Positions 57,564 to 64,000 of a stretch of 64,000 nucleotides of DNA are shown here, piece after piece. The stretch spans positions 5,704,001-5,768,000 of the forward strand of contig CM022667.1 of assembly GCA_012295275.1 (NCBI GenBank), in the 5' to 3' direction. Source of the stretch: Chrysomallon squamiferum. Its lineage: Eukaryota; Animalia; Mollusca. The translations under genes were made by a program, and so were the position numbers. The first letter of the stretch is position 1, and each line of letters opens with the position of its first letter. The notes beneath the pieces are model-generated. The model did not search any database and was not told the origin of the DNA. It was given only the letters and a program-made list of their open reading frames with translations.

Positions 57564-58802
57564 GTGAGTGTTTTTTTAACTATTTTTAACTATTTAGGTA
57601 TTTAGATAGTTAATCTTCTTTATAGTCAACATTACAGCCCATCTTAATATGACATTATAATGGGTTCAATGGCACAGCACATTCTGTGCATCAAAGCTCA
57701 GAACAGACCACCAACATAAAGAAGAATGCTAATTCTTAAACCAGTTGTAGCACTTTTATTCTTTTCATATTTTTCTTGAAGAATGTCATGGTATAATTCT
57801 GTTTTTAAGTCACATATATGGAATCTAATATCAAATCACAAGTACTTCCAATTTTTGTACCGAGGTTTTAATGCTTTGAAACATTAGAACATTAAAAACA
57901 TTAATTTTTTGATTATATAATAGTTCTAGTTTATTGCGATGAAGTGTATGTGCTTAGGTTTTCCTGTATATGAACAAGAGAACTTTTCTAAAAAATAATG
58001 TAATAGTAGAAGTGTAACATGTTACATATCTCATTTTGTTAATTTCCATTAACCATCTAAAGGAATATTTCCTCAATGAGTGGAAGTTAATTGCCTCATT
58101 ATTTTATTACTTCAAACATGTTTTGCTCTCACTGAGTGAAATTAGATATTTACAGCCAAATAATACGAATTGTCTGCAACACTTTGAGGTACCTCATCAG
58201 CTAGAGTTGCATGTATTCTAGAGTAAGTTCTGAGTAAGTTCGGATTTGGCCAGGCATAAAATTAATAATTTTAAAATTACTTTCATTGATGTAGACTCAG
58301 TGGTTTTCTGTTTCAATGAAAGCTGTTTTTCATTTTATGTTTTTATAAATTCTGTTTCATCTCCATTTAAGGAAAAACTGTTAGTCAAAACTGTTTGAGT
58401 AACCAATATTTATTTTTGTTTTCTTTTAATTTGTTTTACATTATTTCCTGTTTGGTAAGTAAATTTTATATTCCAAAATATATCTATCCATATGTTATTA
58501 GCATACATACAAATAGTCATATTTACATAACCTTAAAATGTTATACGAGAAATTCAGACATCTGAGTGTATGTTGATATTTTGGGTATTGGATCATTTCA
58601 TTATTGCATTGTTTACTTCATTATTTATTTATTTATTTATTTTTTATATTTTTAATATATATATGTGCATGTGTGTGTGTATTTTTGTGCGTATGTGTTT
58701 TGTGTGTGTGTACATGTGTATGGGTTTCAATTGTTAGTTGTTTTTTGTAGTGTCCAGGTTGCTTTGTTTTTTCCTTTGATTCAATGTTTTTATTTACTGC
58801 AG

Positions 58803-59433
58803 GACGTAGATGATATTTATGCAACTGTGGATAAATCTAAGAAGCATGGAGTGGATAAAAAATATAAGTTAAAACATAAAGAGAAGACAAAGAAAACTGG
58901 TTTGTATGACAGAAATTTCTAAAATTATATTGCAACAGTTTTATTTATATCACATCAGTAGAAAAGAAAGAGATAGAAGTTATTTGGTTTTTACATTTCG
59001 AATCTCAATTATAGTTTTAGGCAAATGTAATAAAGAGATGTATATCTGGAGTATGTTTATAACTTTTTTCTGATCTTATTTGTTAAGAAAACCTATTTGA
59101 CATCACACCAAATATAAAACAGAAGATTTCTTTGGTATCTTCTCTGAATGTTCATTTTGTGTTTGAACACATGGAAACAAGCCGTTTTTGATACGTTATA
59201 TATATGGAATAATTTTGCTTTGTTAAAATTTGTGTCTAGTCTTTAATAATATTCAAAATTTGCTTCTTACTATTGTTTGTTTTAAATTTTAAGAACAACT
59301 TTTGGTATTATTTTTGTTAATGAAGCATTATTATTTTTAAAAAGAATATGAAGATTAGGACAACTATGGTAATGACAACACTGCATTTGTTAAAGATAAA
59401 TCATCAAACAAAAGGACTAACGGAAAAAATCAG
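58803..59433 (+). pseudogene. Relic cytoplasmic exons DVDDIYATVDKSKK.. and YED*DNYGNDNTAFVKD..
   Basis: Acceptors end at 58802 and 59344, donor at 59434; in-frame TAG in the second exon. Confidence 0.6.
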
Positions 59434-59520
59434 GTTTGTACTCTTAAAATTCTTGTTTATGATATATTTTGGACAACTCGATTTTTGGGGGATTTTTATA
59501 TTTCTAAAACGTGATAATTA

Positions 59521-59640
59521 GGGTCTGAGCTCAGTGTTACAAATGTGAGAAGAAACCAGACAGAACAGAAGTACACATGTACTGTGACTAACAGAGTGTC
59601 AGCCAAATCTCTCACTAAAAGTTTCACTCTGAAAGTACAC
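59521..59640 (+). pseudogene. Ig (C2/I-set) C-terminal half relic
   Basis: GSELSVTNVRRNQTEQKYTCTVTNRVSAKSLTKSFTLKVH covers the E-F-G strands with YxC; no 5' half and no donor. Confidence 0.65.
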
Positions 59641-59700
59641 TCTGATTTTTATTTAAAAATAATTTTAGAAATTTATTTATTTATAACGGATCTAAATTCA

Positions 59701-59734
<34 letters not shown>

Positions 59735-60390
59735 AGTAGTAGTAGTAATTATTGTTAGGTGACCAATGATAGCTATGTATATAAAGTAGACAATAAAACA
59801 GTACTGGTACAAAATTTTCTTTATTTCAGTTTGATCAGATCACAAACTCAGTATAATTATAATGGCAGCAGCAGATATTTCTTTGAATTTAACTGAAATA
59901 TACAACTGAAACAAAGACAAAACCAAAAAAGTCAAGGCTGTATGTACAAGCAACAATAACCTGAATTTTTAAATTTCTGTTAAAAGAGGATTGTTAGAGT
60001 AATAGATAATAACATACTACTTTGTTTACAAACACACATAAGGCTTTGAAGATTTCTTTAAACAAAATATTTTTGAGAGAACATTAAAATTTGTTCACCA
60101 TCTAATCAAGGATTTCGCTTCTATAAAAAAAAATGAATAAAAAATAGCAGTACTAGATACTTGGAACTTGGATCCTTTTGGCATTTTACTTTCTTATTAG
60201 TTAAAATTGGTCAACAAATCAATCACTTGTAAGTACACAAAATATTTATACGTTAGTTTCTAGGTATTGTCTTACTTGCCTCTTCCATTGTGTCACACGC
60301 TTTCCAAGCCAGTAACTTATGATGATTTATCTAAAACTGTTGTTTACTCCTTCCTCAGTGTAATCCTTAATTAAAACATTTCTCCCTTCT

Positions 60391-60445
<55 letters not shown>

Positions 60446-60504
60446 TATGCATATGCACTGATTTAATACAGACTGCAAACATTTTAATTTTCTTGTGTTA
60501 TCAG

Positions 60505-60710
60505 AAGATACAGAAAACATTAAACTGAACAGAAGTTCACCAGTACAGATAGTAGAAGGTAAAAACGTGGCATTTGTGTGAGGCAGACTGTGATGAAGTC
60601 TGCTCTTAAAAGTGGAAGTGTCAGACAAAGGAAATAAACGACGCTGTACTTTCTTACCAACAATTGATAAAACAACAAGAGTCTGCTATGCATTCTCAAA
60701 TATCTGTGAG
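60505..60710 (+). pseudogene. Ig C2-type exon relic (copy of 11047-11250)
   Basis: EDTENIKLNRSSPVQIVEGKNVAFV/CEADCDEVCS*KWKCQTKEINDAVLS. Confidence 0.6.
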
Positions 60711-62685
60711 TCTGTGGTTCCTTTTGATTGAACAAAACAAACCTAAACAACACAACAGCAGCCACAACTTTGTTCTCACTTACGTATACTTTATATGCAA
60801 ATATTTTCACTTTATTTATTTTTATTTTTATTTTTATTTTTTTGGGGCGGGTGCGCATTTTGCAGTATATTTTATTTACATATTTATATAATTTCTTTGT
60901 AAATAATTAACTGTGTATCGGACATGGGACATTGCAAATTGCTTCATACAGAACAATATTTATTTCGTTTTAAATAAAAATAAATTAAAATAGAAATTAA
61001 AAAATAATAAAATAAAATAAATACATTGTACAACTATATGAATAAATGATCCATAATGGTTTTCACAGTAATGTTTTTTTCCCGCATAGTTTTATTCGGA
61101 CGAGCCATCAATATTTACATTTATAATCATTATATTGGATGGTCAGACACATTTTCAGACTGTCCGTTTCAGGAACAACGACCCATATACAAGGCGTGAA
61201 AAAAATACCAAACAAATCTTCGCAAAAAGGAACTAATAATAAAAAGCTGCGTAACAGAGTAAGATTGAACGTGTACCAGTCTGTTAATTTCAGCGTTGTT
61301 TTTAATTATTACTATTTTTTTTTTTTCTGTTGTTTTGTGGTCTCTTGTTTACGGTGAGTATTTTGCTATAATTATATTAAATTATCAGATTTTTATTTTT
61401 TTTTTATTTTTTATACACAAATCGCAGAGTCTGTAGTATAAATCATGCGATAATTATACTGGATATCGTTATGTTGAAAATGATTCATTTGGTTGTGAAT
61501 AAGACGTTCTTGATATACTAACTACCGACAGGAACCGCAAGGTACTGAAGTATAAGCCGCGTTAAAATGGTATCGATAGACGCTAATTTTGTAGGAAGTG
61601 AAACTAATTAAGATATACCTATCTCAGAGTTCTTTCTTGAACAGTTAAATATATATATAAACACACACACACACACACACATACGTAAAGTACCTTGACT
61701 TTCGAGTTTAATCGACTACGTGCCTAGATATCGAAAATTCTGACCAAACATTAGATGCAAAAACCTCTTAGGAGACATGAGCTTGTCTACATACAACTGT
61801 TACACTCATTTCTATACATAACAAAAATCTGAAGAGAAAAGAAAAAGAACCATTTAGGTTTGGTTGCAATAAGCACAATAAATGGCGAAACAATTCAATA
61901 TATCTGATCAAACAAAATCTACTTCTGTGGGCAGTTTTTTACTGTTGCAGTTCTTCTGGAGCAAAGCTGTTTCATTTCAGTTTAAATGCAATTCAGTGTC
62001 ATTCTACTCTCTTCATTGCCAAAATATGAATGTTGTTAAACATTACCAATAATTTGTTCTGTCTGCTAATATTTTGGGTTTTGTGAACATTTCATTTGAG
62101 ATAGAAAATAATATAATTAAAATAAACTTCTTTTGAGTTTTAAAAAAGACAAAAGAAAAGACAACATTAAGCACAATGATCTTGTTACATAATATCAGAT
62201 GGGCAGACATCATTTGCATATGAATAAATACAAGTTTCTGGTGCCCTGATTTCATTTGTTCAAGATAAAATTCATTCATTTGTGAATGGCTTTTAATAAC
62301 TGTTTTGTTTGCAATCAGTCTGTTTTTGTCAGGAGGAATTGCCGAGCGATGGTTGTTCTTTATGTAACACAGAACATGCAAGAGTTTCCCCTTGATGTGA
62401 ATGTCAAGCTTTATCTACCAATCAGATCGATATATTTCTGATGTTGATCATTTCTGTATATCTCTGTAATAAAGAAAAAGTCATGAAAATCATCAAACCT
62501 ACAAATTTATTGATCATGCCTAATTCTATTTCGTATATATTAACATTGCCATATTTGAATTAATGTTAACTGGTTTTCATCATAATCAATTTCATTAACT
62601 GTTTTTCGCTGTTGGATAGTGTATGTGGTTGAGTTTAGATAAATTTATTGATACTGAAGTACATAATTTTGTTCTTTCTACAGAA

Positions 62686-62755
62686 ATGGTTTTCCACTGC
62701 ACTGTCCTCCTCTTTGCTGTGATCACTGTTCTCTTCACCTCGGTCTCAGTTGAAG
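62686..62755 (+). CDS. Signal-peptide exon of a second gene B copy continuing beyond the window
   Basis: Identical to 13194-13263. Confidence 0.8.
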
Positions 62756-64000
62756 GTGAGTGTGTTCCACGTCAGTTACATATATAAAGCTGTTTTTTAC
62801 CGAATAGTAGGAATTTTTTGTAAGCTGATTTTGGCAGTTTACAACAATCACCTAATAGAAACTTTTCTCAGTGGTTGAAAATTAATTATTTCGTGATTTT
62901 ATCTGTTCAAAAACATTTTACTTTGAATGAGTAAAATCACATATTTACAGCTAAATAATATAAATTGTCTGCAACAGTTCAAATCTGAGGTGCTAATTTT
63001 TAAACAATAAAACATAAATGATGATGAATGTTGATGCAATTAGTTGAGCATTTCATCAACAGGAAATGTTTATCAGTATAAAACAAATGCACTGTTTTAA
63101 ACATCACAGATTTGACCCAAGTTAAAGGATTTATGTGGATATACGTTTGATTAAAAATCACTTCTTGAAAATGGGCAGCTATATTGCAGTTGAAAAAACA
63201 ACAACAGAAGGTAGATAAAATACTAAGGAAATTGGTGTATTAAAGAGTTTCTACCACTTATGAACAAAAATTTAAGTTTTGAGTTTGTTTTTAATATCAA
63301 GTAACCATATGTCACATATTTTACTATTACTTGTAACTAAGAGCTTATGGAATGTAAAAAGAAGAAAATGCTTTATTTGTTTGGTGATAAAGACAAGCAT
63401 CTTTTCATCCAAGCAGTCATCATACCTTGAACTTCTTAAATAATTCCCATAGCTCTTAACACCTTGCAGTCTAAATTTCAAAATTGTCAAATTTAAACAA
63501 ACCAAATATCGTAAAATATTATAACAATTTGAAGTCTGTGGCGAAACTGTTTAATGTTTATTACGAATATTTTTGCATCATAACACATCTGGTCTGAAAA
63601 CCGACTCATACTCCCAGTTATAGGATGTTTTGACTCACCTTGTACTAATTATATGTACCAATTGTTATTTCAAGTAAGAGGTCCATGAAATAATGTTGAT
63701 ATAAAAAAAAGACAGTTTAAAAACTTTCTCTGTACAGTTTCTATGGGAATCATGCTGTTATCTGTTCACAGTTCATAACACACAGTAAAAATTGATGAAA
63801 ATACCTAAATGTCAGGTCTTATGTGAAACTGATCTTATTATATGCATATATAACATGTGTGTGCAAACTGCCTCCATTGGTGACAGAGGTCATCTCAATG
63901 ACAAAAGTTGCCATCAAAACCCAGAATATTTTCTGGGGTCATAAACACAATAACCTGATTCACATGAGATCTTTTGGTCAAAGTTATCCATTTGTATAGA

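Larger units (their letters stand above)
57474..64000 (+). repeat. Direct duplication, copy 2 (matches 8063-14511; runs to the window end)
   Basis: See copy 1. Confidence 0.95.

Overview
AT-rich, microsatellite-rich animal genomic DNA with spliceosomal introns and one 200-N gap. An invertebrate, possibly a mollusc, is inferred but not proven. Nearly all ORFs in the supplied track are spurious. Reading the splice sites by hand shows a cluster of immunoglobulin-superfamily cell-surface receptor genes and relics. (i) Two apparently intact genes with four coding exons each, B (+, 13194-20520, 172 aa) and C (-, 36516-29068, 167 aa), lie tail-to-tail. They have unrelated leaders and very divergent six-cysteine Ig domains, but an almost identical GPI-like C-terminal module carried on a ~4.2-kb inverted duplication. 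(ii) An FN3-TM receptor tail (gene A, -, 7263-4996) has an ITIM-like exon and a canonical ITAM, and an orphan copy of this tail lies at 21912-23680. (iii) A separate ITIM + ITSM-like tail exon lies at 25444-25272 (-). (iv) A pseudogenised Ig gene D, orphan leader exons and Ig/cytoplasmic exon relics are scattered through the window. Also present: a degenerate Tc1 (DD34E) element, a 209-bp MITE, a decayed FLYWCH-MULE transposase, a 3.65-kb tandem duplication and a >=6.4-kb direct duplication; the last two may be assembly artefacts. Together this looks like an invertebrate paired-receptor-like locus evolving by exon-module shuffling. All exon joins are inferred from phase and homology, not from transcripts.
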